64,000 bases of DNA from Gemmatimonadota bacterium. GTDB lineage: Bacteria; Gemmatimonadota; Gemmatimonadetes; Palauibacterales; Palauibacteraceae. The first letter of the stretch is position 1, and every line of letters starts with the position of its first letter. The stretch lies in NCBI GenBank assembly GCA_963666735.1, contig OY762926.1, positions 2,944,001 through 3,008,000 of the forward strand. The letters run 5' to 3'. Below, in pieces: positions 63,336-64,000 of the stretch. A program made the position numbers and the translations under genes. The notes below the pieces were generated by a model. It did not search any database. It was not told the DNA's origin and saw only the letters and a program-made list of their open reading frames with translations.

Positions 63336-64000
63336 TGAGACTCTCCTCGAGGAGTTCCCTCACGATGGCCGGGTCCGCGCGTCCGTGCGTCGCGCGCATG
63401 ACCTGGCCGACGAAAAAACCGGCGAGACCGGTGTGCCCGGCGGCGTAGCGCGCCACCTCGGCCGGGTGAGCGGCCACGACACCGTCCACGACCTCGCGAA
63501 TCTGCTCCGCGTCGCCGATCCGGCCCAGCCCCTCGCGCCGAACGATCTCGCGGGGGCGTCCGCCGTCTTCCACGAGTCGCGCCAGCAGCGATTTCGCCAC
63601 CGCCCGCGAGATCGAGCGCTCGCGCACGAGTGCCACCAACTCGGCCAGGGCCTCCGGCTCGAGGGCGCCGGCGTCGCCTTCGCTGCCCCCGGCGCCGCGC
63701 ACCTCGTGCACGAGCCAGGTCGCGACGGCGGCCGCATCCGTTCCCCCACGGATCGCCCACTCATAATAGCGCACCGATTCGGCGGAACCACTGAGCAGGT
63801 CGGCGAGTTCATCCGGCAGACCCAGCGCATCCCGAAAGCGGTCGAAGGCCGCCTGGAGCGCCGGGTCGGCGCGCCTCGCCACGTCGCGGGCTTCCCGCGC
63901 CGAGTCGACCCCGGGAACGGCCGGCCCGGTCGAGGTGTCGTCCGCCGGGGTCCGCGCCCCGGGGGGGGCGGCGTCGCGGGCGTCGTCCGACTTCGCGCGC
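63322..64000 (-). CDS. C-terminal GatB/YqeY domain of a larger protein, partial (probably GlnRS-YqeY fusion or GatB)
   Basis: ISRAVAKSLL, GFFVGQVMRATHGRADP; runs off the window end. Confidence 0.7.
   Translation of the reverse strand, partial: RAKSDDARDAAPPGARTPADDTSTGPAVPGVDSAREARDVARRADPALQAAFDRFRDALGLPDELADLLSGSAESVRYYEWAIRGGTDAAAVATWLVHEVRGAGGSEGDAGALEPEALAELVALVRERSISRAVAKSLLARLVEDGGRPREIVRREGLGRIGDAEQIREVVDGVVAAHPAEVARYAAGHTGLAGFFVGQVMRATHGRADPAIVRELLEESLNDAT

Overview
High-GC (about 65-70% by eye) bacterial DNA, probably Gemmatimonadota (inferred from gene content and codon style, not proven). Left two-thirds (about 1-41.8 kb): a heavily rearranged accessory/defence island that ends at a tRNA-Ile(GAT) locus. 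It carries an Abi_2/AbiF-like HEPN gene with a structured upstream RNA, HigBA, two XRE-ImmA/IrrE + PIN pairs, an IetAS-type AAA-ATPase/S8 protease pair, a Vsr-Dcm-REase type II RM module, a TIGR04255/HTH/unknown three-gene operon, and an E2-only CBASS whose patatin effector has an in-frame TGA. It also holds many IS elements (IS1202-like, nested IS3s, IS630, IS481, IS5, IS1182, IS21 remnants) and diverged duplicated gene fragments that bracket the cassettes. Right third (41.8-64 kb): ordinary core genes (phoD, DUF4837, dnaE, accA, ricT, metG, M23, fadJ, M50B, M28, proS, TonB receptor, GatB/YqeY-domain protein). Most unusual observations: (1) tandem tRNA-Ile copies, two of which carry the same structured 66-68 nt insertion at the same T-loop position, with a degenerate echo about 37 kb away; (2) the candidate RNA antitoxin upstream of the HEPN gene; (3) the uncharacterised TIGR04255 operon; (4) the repeat-bracketed cassette architecture; (5) a 97-bp micro-inversion inside a TonB receptor gene. 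All calls are by eye from sequence motifs; no searches were run.
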